Source of the DNA: Myxococcales bacterium
GTDB taxonomy: Bacteria > Myxococcota_A > Polyangia > Polyangiales > DASUME01
DNA length: 64,000 nt
Reading direction: 5' to 3'
Assembly: GCA_047601445.1 (NCBI GenBank)
Contig: JASGJH010000001.1
Coordinates: 5,792,001 to 5,856,000, forward strand
Shown here piece by piece: positions 27,201 through 37,217 of this stretch. The position numbers and the translations under genes were made by a program. Numbering within the stretch: position 1 is the first letter of the stretch; every line of letters starts with the position of its first letter. The notes below the pieces were generated by a model. The model ran no database searches and was not told where the DNA came from. It was given only the letters and a program-made list of their open reading frames with translations.

Positions 27201-29438
27201 TCACTCCGTACGTAAACTCACATGCTCGCCAAGGGGCAAATCCCAGGGTGCATCCGGATTCTCGAGGGCGTGATAGCGGCTGTAGGCCCCCAGCACCCGG
27301 CGCACGTAGTTTCGAGTTTGCTCCACCGAGATCCGCTCCACCCAGCTATCGAGCTCCACCTTGCCCGTGCCGACCGGCGGGGTGCGCTCTTCGTCTTCGG
27401 GCTCCTCGCCCGAAGCGGGTCGCTCGGTGGACTTGGACTTCTTGCCGGGCACGGCTCCCAGGGAGCTGTCGATACGCTGGGTACCGGCGTTGTAGGCGGC
27501 GATGGCCAGCGGGTACTGGCCGCGGTAGCGGGTGACGAGGCCCGAGAGGTAGCGGGCGCCGAGCGCGACGTTCACATAGGGGCGCATCAGCGAAGCCCGG
27601 TCGGCGGGAATCTTGAGGCCGGAGGCGACGGCCGCGGCAGTGCTGGGCAGGAGCTGCATGAGTCCGAGCGCGTCGGCACCCGAGACCGCGCGGGGCTTGT
27701 AGCGGCTCTCGACCTGCATGTGTCCATAGAAGAGGGCGCTCGGCAGGTCTTGTTGGGCCGTGCTCTCGGAAACGCTCGTGGCGTAGGGCCGGGGCAGCAA
27801 GGCCTCCCAGAGCCAACGTTCCGCGGGAGTCGGCGCGCGCGCGAGGATGTCCCCCATCAGAGGCTCGGCTGCCGAGTAGGTCTGGGCTGCATCTCCGGTC
27901 GCGCTCAGGGCTGCGATGCGGGCGTAGCGGTCGGGTTGTGTCTCGAGCCAGGCCTTGCCCGCTTCGGAAGCTTCCGCGTTGAGGCCGAGCGCGCGGTAGA
28001 ACATCACCTCCGGCGGCGGCGCGAGGGTGGGCATCGAGGGCAGCGGCGTGGTGGCGTCGAAGGCCTGCGGCGGCGGTTCGCCGAGTGCCACCAGTCGGCG
28101 GGCGGCTAGCTGGGCGTAGTAGCCGAGGCGATCTTTGCTCAAGGTCTCGGTGAAGGCCTGCTTGGCGCGCTTGGGATCGCGCCCGAGCAGCGCGGTGCGA
28201 CCTTGCCAGTAGCTCACGCGGGCGGCCCACAGGGGCTTGTCGGCCAGACGCGCGCATTCGTCGAGCCAGCGGGCGGCGTCGAGTGCATCGCCGCGCTCGA
28301 AGGCGAGCCAGGCCAGGTCCCAGGTGGCGTCGCGACGCAGACCGGGAGCGCGCTTGGCCTCATCGGAACTCACGAAGGTCTTGAGCGCGTCACGCGCCGA
28401 GGCCCGCTTCTCGCGCGCGCTGAGCCAGGCCGAGAGGTAGAGTGCGTCGGGCGTGAGCGAGCTCTTGGGGTACTTCTTGGCGTAGGCCCGGTAGCGCTTG
28501 ATGGCCTGGGCGTCCTTGCCGGCGCGCGAGGCGGAGCGGATCGCGTGGAACGCGTCGTAGGCTTCGGTGTCGCCCTCGAGCTTGGCCGCTTGCGCGAAGG
28601 CTCGCTCGGCCTCGGGGTAGCGCTTGCGCGTGCGGAAGAGCGCATCTCCGCGCAGGTGCCACAGGCGCGCGCGCAGCTTGGCTGGGGTCTGCTTATCGAG
28701 GGAGGCGAGCTCCTGGTGAGCAAGCTCGGGCTGGCGCGCTGCGAGCAGCTCCTCCGCGCGCCGCAGGTGTTCGTCCACGCTGAGGCGCAGCGGGCCGGCG
28801 CCTTCGAGCACGCTCAAGCAGTACTTGGCTTCGGCGTGGGCGGGGTGCTCGATGTAGAGCGCGTGCGCCAGCGGCAGGGCTTCGGCTTGGTTGCCGAGGG
28901 ACACCAGCGCGCGCACGCGCATGCCGCGCGACGAGGGATCCGTGGCGTCCGCCAGAAGCGTGGCAGCGCGCGCGAGGTCTCCTGCCGCATAGAGGCAGCG
29001 CCCCAGCAGGCGGGTGGCTTGTGTGCTCGCGCTGCTCTTGGGGGCGGCACTCTTGACCTCTTCCTCCAGGGCTGCGCAGCGCCCCGCGCCGGCGGCCCAC
29101 TGCACGCGCAGAGCGCGGACGTCGGCCTGGACCCGGGCGGGCCAGCTGTCGGGCGTACGCGGAAAGGTGTCGAGCGCTTGATCGGGCTTTCCGAGCTCGG
29201 CCAACGCGCGTGCGCGCAGGTAGCTGGCCTCGGGGGTGAGCGCAGAGGTCTCACTCGAGAGCAACGCCAGCACCTCCTCGTAGCGGCCGTCCGAGAGGGC
29301 TGCCACGGCCTCTGGCGGAACGAGCGGAGCGGCCGCGACGCGCGCGGGCCCTTCCGGGGCTCCGCGGCGCGAAACCGAAGGCCACCATGAAATGGCTGCA
29401 ATCAGGGCAAAACCAACGATTCGGGCGCGTGCTGGCAC
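27201..29438 (-). CDS. Soluble lytic transglycosylase (Slt-like) with TPR region
   Basis: C-terminal VESRY, ALGLMQLLPSTA, AAYNAG, EQTRNYV; helical N-terminal repeats; start uncertain. Confidence 0.9.
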   Translation of the reverse strand: MPARARIVGFALIAAISWWPSVSRRGAPEGPARVAAAPLVPPEAVAALSDGRYEEVLALLSSETSALTPEASYLRARALAELGKPDQALDTFPRTPDSWPARVQADVRALRVQWAAGAGRCAALEEEVKSAAPKSSASTQATRLLGRCLYAAGDLARAATLLADATDPSSRGMRVRALVSLGNQAEALPLAHALYIEHPAHAEAKYCLSVLEGAGPLRLSVDEHLRRAEELLAARQPELAHQELASLDKQTPAKLRARLWHLRGDALFRTRKRYPEAERAFAQAAKLEGDTEAYDAFHAIRSASRAGKDAQAIKRYRAYAKKYPKSSLTPDALYLSAWLSAREKRASARDALKTFVSSDEAKRAPGLRRDATWDLAWLAFERGDALDAARWLDECARLADKPLWAARVSYWQGRTALLGRDPKRAKQAFTETLSKDRLGYYAQLAARRLVALGEPPPQAFDATTPLPSMPTLAPPPEVMFYRALGLNAEASEAGKAWLETQPDRYARIAALSATGDAAQTYSAAEPLMGDILARAPTPAERWLWEALLPRPYATSVSESTAQQDLPSALFYGHMQVESRYKPRAVSGADALGLMQLLPSTAAAVASGLKIPADRASLMRPYVNVALGARYLSGLVTRYRGQYPLAIAAYNAGTQRIDSSLGAVPGKKSKSTERPASGEEPEDEERTPPVGTGKVELDSWVERISVEQTRNYVRRVLGAYSRYHALENPDAPWDLPLGEHVSLRTE

Positions 29439-29471
29439 GGCTTTCTTCGATTGTCTATGCTGCGGCCCACC

Positions 29472-29933
29472 ATGCGCCACGAGCTGTCGTTGAGACTGGC
29501 ATCTTCCGCGAAACTTCGCACCGGTTTGCGCGCGCTCGCAGTGTCGATGGCGGTTCTCGCCGCGGCCGGCTGCGCGCCCAAGCTGGGCGACGGCTGCAAG
29601 CGCACCCAGGAGTGCTCGGTCAACGGGGATCGCACGTGCGACCAATCCCAACCCGGCGGCTACTGCACCATTCCCAATTGCTCTGGCGGTAGCTGTCCCG
29701 ACGACGGCGTGTGCGTCCGCTTCCAGCCCGACGAGCCACGCCTGTCACAGTCGTGGTGCATGGCTTCCTGCGACAACACCCGTGACTGCGATCGCGATCG
29801 CTACGTGTGCCGCACCGCCGCGCAGCTGAACCAACAGAGCACGGAGGACGTCACCGGCCAGACCCCCAAGGTGGCCGACGTCCTCGACGACAACGAGAGC
29901 CGCAAGTTCTGCGTCGTGGACAGCAAGGACTAG
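29472..29933 (+). CDS. Small Cys-rich lipoprotein
   Basis: Lipobox AAGC; PGGYCT..C...C pattern common in myxobacteria. Confidence 0.8.
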   Translation: MRHELSLRLASSAKLRTGLRALAVSMAVLAAAGCAPKLGDGCKRTQECSVNGDRTCDQSQPGGYCTIPNCSGGSCPDDGVCVRFQPDEPRLSQSWCMASCDNTRDCDRDRYVCRTAAQLNQQSTEDVTGQTPKVADVLDDNESRKFCVVDSKD

Positions 29934-29937
29934 TGGT

Positions 29938-30879
29938 TTGGGAGCGGGGCTCGCGCGCTATCTCGCGTTCCGGGGAGTTCGCGCTCTACTCACAGCTCTC
30001 GCAGTCGTGAGCCTGGCCTTCCTCTTGATCCGCGCGGTACCGGGCGATCCCGTGGACGCCATCCTGGGGGATCAGGCATCGCCAGAAGATCGCGCCGAAG
30101 TGAGGCGTCAGCTGGCCCTCGATCGCCCGCTGTTCGCGCAATACGCGGGCTTTCTGGGTGACGTGGTGAACGGCAGCCTCGGTCGCTCCTTCCGGGCGCC
30201 CGATCGCTCGGTGCGCGAGTTGATCGCGGAGAGCTTTCCGCCCACCCTCGAGCTGGCCGTCAGCGCGCTCGCGGTAGCCTGGTTGATCGCGATTCCATTG
30301 GGGGTGGTGGCGGCCGCGCGCCGTGACACCCAGGTCGACCGGGCAGCCTCCGTGTTCGCGCTGACCGGGCTCGCGCTGCCCACGATCTGGCTCGGGCCTC
30401 TGCTAGTGCTGTTTTTCTCGGTGAAACTGCGCTGGCTACCTTTGCCAGGAGATGACCGCGAGGGCCTGCTCGCGCTGGTGCTTCCGTCGCTCACCGTGGG
30501 CACGGCGCTGGCGGCGGCACTCACCCGCCAGACCCGGGCCGCCATGATCGAAGTGCTCTCCCAGCCCTACGTGGCCGCGGCGCGTGCACGTGGCGTGGCC
30601 GACTGGCAGGTGTTCTTCAAGCACGCCCTGCGCAACGCGTTGATGCCGGTGCTGACGGTGGCGGCGAGCCAGCTCGGTGCCCTCCTGTCGGGGGCGGTGA
30701 TCGCCGAGAAGGTGTTCGAACGGCCCGGCCTGGGTAGCCTGTTCCTGGAGGCGTTCTTCGCGCGCGACATTCCTGTGGTGCAGGGCGTGGTGCTGGTGGT
30801 GGGCCTGATCTACGTGCTCGTGAACGTGCTGCTCGACGTGACCTATGCCTGGATCGATCCGCGCGTGAGGCTCTCATGA
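29938..30879 (+). CDS. Peptide/nickel ABC permease (DppB/OppB-like)
   Basis: PGDPVDAILG, SLGRSF, YVAAARARG...KHALRNAL, RDIPVVQG. Confidence 0.92.
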   Translation: MGAGLARYLAFRGVRALLTALAVVSLAFLLIRAVPGDPVDAILGDQASPEDRAEVRRQLALDRPLFAQYAGFLGDVVNGSLGRSFRAPDRSVRELIAESFPPTLELAVSALAVAWLIAIPLGVVAAARRDTQVDRAASVFALTGLALPTIWLGPLLVLFFSVKLRWLPLPGDDREGLLALVLPSLTVGTALAAALTRQTRAAMIEVLSQPYVAAARARGVADWQVFFKHALRNALMPVLTVAASQLGALLSGAVIAEKVFERPGLGSLFLEAFFARDIPVVQGVVLVVGLIYVLVNVLLDVTYAWIDPRVRLS

Positions 30880-31688
30880 AGCGCCTGCTGGCGGCGCCTT
30901 CGGTCTGGCTGTGTGGGGCGTTCTTGTTGGTCGCGGTGTTCGGCCCCTGGGTGGTCTCCACCTCGCCTTTTCAGATCGATCTCGCCCATGCCTACGAGTC
31001 GCCTAGCGCCGCGCACTGGCTCGGCACTGCCGACAACGGGGTGGATTTATTGAGCGCCCTGGTCCACGGCGCGCGCCTCGCCGGCATCATCTCCGCCAGC
31101 GTGGTCGGGGTGTGCCTGCTGGTGGGGGGCCTGTTGGGCGCTCTCTCGGGCTTGGTGGGAGGCTGGTTCGAGCACGCACTGATGGCGCTCTCGGACCTGC
31201 TGCAAGCTTTCCCGGCCGTGCTCCTCAACATTGCCCTGCTGGCATTGGTGTCTCGGCCGGGCGTCGAGCACGTGGTGCTCTCCCTGTGCATGAACGGTTG
31301 GGTGCTCTATGCGCGCCTGGCTCGGGCGGAGGTGCTTGCGCTGCGGGATCGGGAGTTCGTGCATGCCGCGCGCGCCCTGGGGGTGCCGGAGTCGCAGGTC
31401 CTCCTTCGTCATCTCGTGCCGAACTTGATAGGGCCCTTGGTGGTCCAGGCCACAGCTGGCTTCGGAAGCGCCATTCTCATGGAGTCGACGCTGTCCTTTT
31501 TGGGGCTCGGACCGGCCCGTTCGGTGTCCTGGGGGGCCCTGCTGGATCAAGGAAGCGCCGTGCTCCTGCGCTTTCCCCACGTGGCGCTGGTCTCGGGCGG
31601 CGCGATGGCGGCGGTGGTCCTGTGCTTCAACCTGGCCGGGGATGCCCTCCGAGACGCGCTCGATCCACGTCTGAGGGGGCGCGCGTGA
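30876..31688 (+). CDS. Peptide/nickel ABC permease (DppC/OppC-like)
   Basis: HWLGTADNGVD, EFVHAARALG, ESTLSFLGLG, GDALRDALDP. Confidence 0.92.
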   Translation: MKRLLAAPSVWLCGAFLLVAVFGPWVVSTSPFQIDLAHAYESPSAAHWLGTADNGVDLLSALVHGARLAGIISASVVGVCLLVGGLLGALSGLVGGWFEHALMALSDLLQAFPAVLLNIALLALVSRPGVEHVVLSLCMNGWVLYARLARAEVLALRDREFVHAARALGVPESQVLLRHLVPNLIGPLVVQATAGFGSAILMESTLSFLGLGPARSVSWGALLDQGSAVLLRFPHVALVSGGAMAAVVLCFNLAGDALRDALDPRLRGRA

Positions 31689-31750
31689 AGGCGCGAACTT
31701 GCAGTACACTCTGGGTCTTGCGACAACCTTCGCAGATGGGGCGAGAGGCG

Positions 31751-32941
31751 ATGTTCCGCTGGCTAGTGGCCGGCGGCTTGGGGTTGTTGGCGGCTTGCGT
31801 AGAGCCCGCGCGTTCGGCGGACGTCGCCCCGGCGAGCAAGGGCGGTCCCAGCGCGGCCGAGAGCGCCACGCTCACCAATACCGCGAGCCAAGAAGAGCAA
31901 GCGGGTCCAGCTGAGCCCACGGCAACGCCTGCAGAGGCAGCGGCTGCGAGTCCGTCGGGGCAGGATGCCCCAGCCCCCAACAGCGCGGCGGGAGATCATT
32001 TCTTCGGCGAGCCCGATGCACCGATCCGCGACGCGCTCGCGCACAAGAACATCGTCAGCGTGGAAAAGGGCCGCGGCGGGCGCAGCCTGGGCTTCAAGAT
32101 CGTCCTCGAGGGCGGGCACAAGGGCTACTTCAAGGGCGAGCAAGTCTTCTCGGCGGCCAACTGGTTCGGCGAACTCGCCGCCTATCACCTGGATCGCATG
32201 CTCGGGCTAAACCGCGTGCCCGCCATGGTGAGCCGACAGTTCGCCTGGTCCCAGCTGGAGCCCGCGGCCGGCGCCGATTGGCGCAAGCCCGAGATGATCA
32301 TCCGCAACGGTCAGGTGCGTGGCGCCTTCGTCTCGTGGGTCACCGGCGGGGTGCGGCCGCTGGTGCAGCAAGAGGGCTGGGAACGCTGGATGCGGGTCAA
32401 ATACTGGCCCACCTCCCTGGTGAGTCCGTTTCAGCGGCCCGCCGTGTGGGCGGCCGAGCTCGCCCAGGTGCGGCGCCTGGGCGAGGAGTGGCGCAGCAAG
32501 GAAGAGCGCGCGCGCATGCGCGGCCTGCGGCCCGAGCCGGATCGTCCCGATCGTCCCTCCGAGCTCAGCGACCTCATCGTGTTCGACTACTTGATCCGCA
32601 ACCTCGATCGCTGGGGTGGCGGCAACGCCAACGTGTTGATCCGCGGCGAGCACGGTCCGCTGATCTTCCTCGACAACGCTGCGGGCTTCGAGCCTGGTGA
32701 GCCGCGCCCGAGCTTGATGGAGGCGCGCCTGCACGCCCTACAGCGCTTCCGTCGCAGCACCATCGCCGCGGTGAAGGCCTTCGATCTCAAGAAGTACGAG
32801 GCGCGCCTGGCCACCGAGCCGCTGCAGCCGGTGCTCACTGCGGCACAGCTCGAGGCGCTCGAGATCCGCCGCAAGGCCTTGCTGAGCTGGGTCGCCGAGC
32901 AAGAGCGCACTTACGGCGAAGCCATTTGGGCCTGGGAGTAG
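31751..32941 (+). CDS. Lipoprotein with Fam20C/Four-jointed-like atypical kinase domain
   Basis: Lipobox LAAC; GYFKG, ELAAYHLDRMLGLNRVP, SDLIVFDYLIRNLDRW, LIFLDNAAGF. Confidence 0.75.
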   Translation: MFRWLVAGGLGLLAACVEPARSADVAPASKGGPSAAESATLTNTASQEEQAGPAEPTATPAEAAAASPSGQDAPAPNSAAGDHFFGEPDAPIRDALAHKNIVSVEKGRGGRSLGFKIVLEGGHKGYFKGEQVFSAANWFGELAAYHLDRMLGLNRVPAMVSRQFAWSQLEPAAGADWRKPEMIIRNGQVRGAFVSWVTGGVRPLVQQEGWERWMRVKYWPTSLVSPFQRPAVWAAELAQVRRLGEEWRSKEERARMRGLRPEPDRPDRPSELSDLIVFDYLIRNLDRWGGGNANVLIRGEHGPLIFLDNAAGFEPGEPRPSLMEARLHALQRFRRSTIAAVKAFDLKKYEARLATEPLQPVLTAAQLEALEIRRKALLSWVAEQERTYGEAIWAWE

Positions 32942-32942
32942 C

Positions 32943-32962
32943 GGGAGGTCGCGTGACCTCCC
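32943..32962. terminator. Hairpin between convergent genes
   Basis: GGGAGGTC-GCGT-GACCTCCC perfect 8-bp stem; no U-tract. Confidence 0.45.
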
Positions 32963-32981
32963 CGTGCCCCGTGGAAACCGC

Positions 32982-33989
32982 TCACTCCGAGGCCAAGGAA
33001 TAGGCCATCGGCAGGACCACGAACTTGGCCATGACTGGTCGATGGTCCGAGAGCTGAGCGCCGTTCGGGTCCACGAAGGTCGCGCCCTCGACCAGGTAGT
33101 CCACCAGCATGAGCTCCACGCTGGAGCTGCTGCGGAACAACACCTTGTCGATGCGCTCGCAGCCGTCGTCGTTCGGGTCGCCCGAATCGCAGGCCGAGGC
33201 GAGCGCATTCGCCGCGGGCAGGACCCCGTTGTGCACGAAGTCCACCCAGCTGTCGGTCAGACCCGTCTCCGCCAGTAACTTCTCCATCTCGTCGCCGGGG
33301 TCGCGGTAGCGCTCGTTGAAATCGCCCGCCACCAGCACCGCCACGTCGGCCGAGTACTTGCGGATGGTCTGAGAAAGCTGGGCGAAGTTCTTGGCGCGGG
33401 CCTGCTCGTCGCCGCTCGCGTGACCTGCATCCATGTGTACGTCGTACACGTCGAGCACCAGACCTTGCCCAAGCTCCATGCGCGCACGCGTGAAGCCCTT
33501 GGGCGTGAGGCAGTCGCTGCCGCTATCGAAGGTGCCGTTGCAGGCGGTCCAGCTCAGGCGGTCGAAGGTGTGGAACGGAATGCGCGACAGCGTGTTGAGT
33601 CCGTCGCCCAGGGAGTGGGCCTTCTCGTTCGGACTCGACTGATAGGGATGATCCACCAGGCTCACGAGGTCCGCGTGATAGGAGAAATCCTCCTGCACCG
33701 TCACCACGTCGTATGGATTGAGCAACGGGCTGATCAGCGACGTGTTGCGCTTGGGGTTGCTGCCCGAGATGCCCTCCGGCAGGCCCGCCACGTTGTAGGT
33801 CAAGATCGAGAGATAGGCCGGGTCAGCGGCCAAGGACCACTCGAGGTCCGACTCCGAGCCCGCATCCATCGGGCGTTCGTGCGACGCACTGGTGTTCGTC
33901 GACTTCTGATCGTCGAAAAGACCGAGACCACAAGCAGGCAAGAGACTCAGCCCACAAAGCAACGTACCCGTGCTCCTGACGCGCGCCAT
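32982..33989 (-). CDS. Endonuclease/exonuclease/phosphatase (sphingomyelinase-like) lipoprotein
   Basis: LTYNVAGL, VQEDF, HMDAG, AGDFN, IDKVLF, SDH; lipobox LPAC. Confidence 0.85.
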   Translation of the reverse strand: MARVRSTGTLLCGLSLLPACGLGLFDDQKSTNTSASHERPMDAGSESDLEWSLAADPAYLSILTYNVAGLPEGISGSNPKRNTSLISPLLNPYDVVTVQEDFSYHADLVSLVDHPYQSSPNEKAHSLGDGLNTLSRIPFHTFDRLSWTACNGTFDSGSDCLTPKGFTRARMELGQGLVLDVYDVHMDAGHASGDEQARAKNFAQLSQTIRKYSADVAVLVAGDFNERYRDPGDEMEKLLAETGLTDSWVDFVHNGVLPAANALASACDSGDPNDDGCERIDKVLFRSSSSVELMLVDYLVEGATFVDPNGAQLSDHRPVMAKFVVLPMAYSLASE

Positions 33990-34147
33990 GTTTCCCCACC
34001 TCGCGAGCACCGAGGAGATGTCGCCGTGCGCATGCACGGGCGAACCTGGCGCTCTTTTGTGGCTACCACGCGCTGGAATGGGCCGTCGAACGTGCGTATC
34101 TCGGGCGATCTAAGCGGTTTCGTGCGCTTCCGCGAGCGCACGTCGCG

Positions 34148-36001
34148 TCAAAGGGACATGCCCTCGACGTCTACCCTTCCGGTCATGGAGCCGGTGGCGG
34201 ACTCACGCTTGGCGCGGAAGTCGTCGAGCTGGCCTGCCAGCGCCGAGGCCGCCGCCGCCAGCACGCCATTGGCGGTTTCCGCTGCAGGCAAGAACACATG
34301 GTTCGCGCCCGCCGCGAGCAGAACGTCCACCTGCTTGGCCCGCGAGGCGCAGGCGAACACAAGCGCATCCTTCGACACGCTGCGCACCGCCCGCACGATG
34401 GCTTCGTTCGAGGTGCCCCTCAAGAGCTCGTCGGAGACCGTGGAAATAATTAACGCGGCCGTCTCCACATGGGCATGACGCAAGGTCTCCGGATTGCCCG
34501 CGTCGCCGTAGACCACCCGCGCGCCGAGTTCCCGAATGGCGGCATGGGTCTGCACGTTGGTATCCACCACCAAGACCTCGCTGAGCCACTCCGGATGCTG
34601 GCGATTGATGTCCTGGAGCAGCGCGAACGCCACCCGATGGAAGCCGAGGATGACGATGCGCGGATGGGCATCGTGGGGCGTCTTGCTGGGGCGATCCGCC
34701 GGGGCCTTGAAGCCGATACGCTCGAGCAAGGGGCCGAGCTTGAACGGCAGCACCGTGGACGCCTTGAATAGTGCGGGCGTGAGCAGCGCGGTGATGACGA
34801 AGGCGAAGATCACCACGCTCGCCAGGCGCCCGTCGACGTGGCCTTCCTTCACGCCGAGGTACACGATGACCAGACAGAACTCCGAGATCTGGCCCAGCTT
34901 GAGGGACGCATCCACGGAGGTGTTGCGGTCGAGCCCGGTGAAGTAGAGCAGCGGAAAGAACACCAACAGACGCAGCACCACGGCCACCACTGCGAGCAGC
35001 AACGCGAGCGCCAGCACGTGGGTGCCCTCGGGGACGGGGATGCTCATCCCGAGCGCCACAAAGAACAGCGTCACGAAGAAGTCGCGCAAGTTGGTGACCT
35101 TGGCGGCGACGTCATGGTGATACGGGAACGAAGCGATGGTCATGCCGGCGATCAATGCGCCCATCTCGAGCGAGACCGAGAGCGGGATGTGGATGCCGAG
35201 CAGCTTGAGCAGGTTGCCGAGGTTGCCGCCGATCAAGCCCACGAAGAAGCACCAGGCGAGCGCCACCGAGACCATCAGGTCGGGCAGCTTGGCCACGGCG
35301 CTGAACAAGAACGGCAGCGCATAGCGCGCGCCCAGGGTGGCGATGCCCACCAGCAGCACGATGCCGCCGAAGGTGAGCAGGATGGGCGCCACTTCGGGCG
35401 CTTCGAAGCTGGGCTGGAGCGCCAGCACGACGATGGCCCAGATGTCCTGGAAGATGAGCAGGCCCACAGCGATGCGACCCGACAATGAGTCGAGCCAGCG
35501 CCGCTCCTGCAGGAAGCGCACGACGAGCAGCGTGGAGGAGAAGGCGCTGGCGAGCGCGAAGTACACCACCGTGTAGCGGCCGCCGAAGCCGGCCGGGATC
35601 AGCGGCGTCAGTAGATAGAAGGTGCCGAGTGCGGCCACGATGGTGAGCGGCACCTGCAGCGCGCCGCCCAGCAGCAACGTGCGACCGCTGGCCAGGAGCG
35701 AGCGTGGGTTAACCTCGAGGCCGATCACGAACAGGAGCAGCGTGAGGCCCAGGTTCGCGATGGTCTCCACGTCCGATGCCGAGTGCACGAGACCGAAGCC
35801 CGCCGCCGGACCCACCATCACACCGGCCACCAGCAGGGCCGCGATGGTGGGGATGCGCAAACGCTCGAAGATGGCCGAGAGAAAGCCGGCTGCCAAGAGG
35901 CACATGCCGAGCTCCGACACCAGCGTGCTCGTCCCGGCACTGGCTTCGATGAGTTGTGGCAAACGTGCGGCGTTGTCCGCCACCAGATGTCGCACGTGCA
36001 T
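34148..36001 (-). CDS. CPA2/Kef-type cation:proton antiporter with TrkA-N domain
   Basis: LLLFVIGLE, FSST, LIFQD, GQISEF, C-terminal VYGDA; start uncertain. Confidence 0.9.
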   Translation of the reverse strand: MHVRHLVADNAARLPQLIEASAGTSTLVSELGMCLLAAGFLSAIFERLRIPTIAALLVAGVMVGPAAGFGLVHSASDVETIANLGLTLLLFVIGLEVNPRSLLASGRTLLLGGALQVPLTIVAALGTFYLLTPLIPAGFGGRYTVVYFALASAFSSTLLVVRFLQERRWLDSLSGRIAVGLLIFQDIWAIVVLALQPSFEAPEVAPILLTFGGIVLLVGIATLGARYALPFLFSAVAKLPDLMVSVALAWCFFVGLIGGNLGNLLKLLGIHIPLSVSLEMGALIAGMTIASFPYHHDVAAKVTNLRDFFVTLFFVALGMSIPVPEGTHVLALALLLAVVAVVLRLLVFFPLLYFTGLDRNTSVDASLKLGQISEFCLVIVYLGVKEGHVDGRLASVVIFAFVITALLTPALFKASTVLPFKLGPLLERIGFKAPADRPSKTPHDAHPRIVILGFHRVAFALLQDINRQHPEWLSEVLVVDTNVQTHAAIRELGARVVYGDAGNPETLRHAHVETAALIISTVSDELLRGTSNEAIVRAVRSVSKDALVFACASRAKQVDVLLAAGANHVFLPAAETANGVLAAAASALAGQLDDFRAKRESATGSMTGRVDVEGMSL

Positions 36002-36146
36002 GGCAGGCGAGCATACGGGCGACCTCCGTTAATCGCACCCATGAACGCCGGCTTGGCCTCAAGTTCCCCATGGGGCACAAATCCCCCGCCTGCGCGCCCG
36101 TGTTTTGCTGGCGATGGTGGGTGGAGCGCGCTACCTCGCAGACGTC

Positions 36147-37208
36147 ATGAACTCGCCGTCGCGCACGCCCAAACAGAGCGGTTTCCGCCAGCCCGGAGAA
36201 TGGACCCCCCACCGTGCGTGTTGGGTCGCGTTTCCCTCGGACCCCGAGCTATGGCCGGATCTCGCGGGTGTGCAGGCTTCCTTTGCCACCATGTGCCGCG
36301 GCATCGCGCGCCCGTCGGCCAAGCCCGATGTCAGCGGCCCCCAGAGCGAGGCGCTCGAGCTCCTGGTGCGCGATGCCGCCGCCGAGGCCCGCGCGCGAGA
36401 GCTGCTCTCGGATCTCGAGGTGCGCTACCACCGCATGTCCTACGGAGACATCTGGATGCGCGACATCGCCCCCGTCTTCCTCACCGATGCGAGCGGTGAG
36501 GTGGCCAGCGTGCGCTTTCGCTTCAATGGGTGGGGCGAGAAGTACGACTACCCCGGCGATACCGAGGTCGCCGCGCGCGTGCAGGATCAGCTGCAATACG
36601 CGGCTTTCCAGAGCTCCCTGGTGCTCGAGGGCGGCGGTGTCGAGAGCGATGGCGCAGGTCTGTGCATGACCACGCGCGACGTGGCGCTCAACCCGAATCG
36701 CAACCCCGGCCGCAGCGAAGCCGAAGTGGAGGCAGAGCTCAAGGAGGCGCTGGGCGCCGAGCGCGTGATCTGGCTCGATCAGGGCCTCTTGAACGATCAC
36801 ACCGATGGCCACATCGACAACATCGCGCGCTTCATCGCGCCTGGCCGCGTGGTGTGCATGCGTGCGCAAACGGCCGATGATCCCAATGTGGACGTGCTCG
36901 CGAGCATCGAGGGCGATCTGCGCAAGCAGGGCCTGGAGGTGGTCACACTACCCTCCCCCGGGCTGGTGCTCGGCCGCGAACAACGGCCGCTGCCCGCCAG
37001 CTACCTCAACTTCTACATCGCCAATCACAGCGTCGTGGTGCCCGTGTTTGGTTCGCCCCACGACGAAGCCGCGCTCACCGCGCTCGCAGCGCTATTTCCC
37101 AACCGCACGGTGGTGCCGGTGCCCGCCAAGGTCTTCCTCGAGGAAGGCGGCACGGTACACTGTATTACGCAGCAAGAGCCGCAGCGCTCCAGCGAGAGAA
37201 CCATCTGA
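36147..37208 (+). CDS. aguA: Agmatine deiminase
   Basis: DIWMRD, FNGWG, LEGGG, DHTDGHIDN, ASYLNF, GGTVHCITQQ. Confidence 0.92.
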   Translation: MNSPSRTPKQSGFRQPGEWTPHRACWVAFPSDPELWPDLAGVQASFATMCRGIARPSAKPDVSGPQSEALELLVRDAAAEARARELLSDLEVRYHRMSYGDIWMRDIAPVFLTDASGEVASVRFRFNGWGEKYDYPGDTEVAARVQDQLQYAAFQSSLVLEGGGVESDGAGLCMTTRDVALNPNRNPGRSEAEVEAELKEALGAERVIWLDQGLLNDHTDGHIDNIARFIAPGRVVCMRAQTADDPNVDVLASIEGDLRKQGLEVVTLPSPGLVLGREQRPLPASYLNFYIANHSVVVPVFGSPHDEAALTALAALFPNRTVVPVPAKVFLEEGGTVHCITQQEPQRSSERTI

Positions 37209-37217
37209 GGTACAGTC

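Noticed and set aside
27040..27273. Short ORFs across the sRNA/promoter region
   Set aside because: No RBS, atypical composition, overlap with slt; the non-coding explanation fits better.
29433..29448. TGGCACG as a second sigma54 promoter
   Set aside because: No GC at the -12 position (TGGCACGGCTTTCTT).
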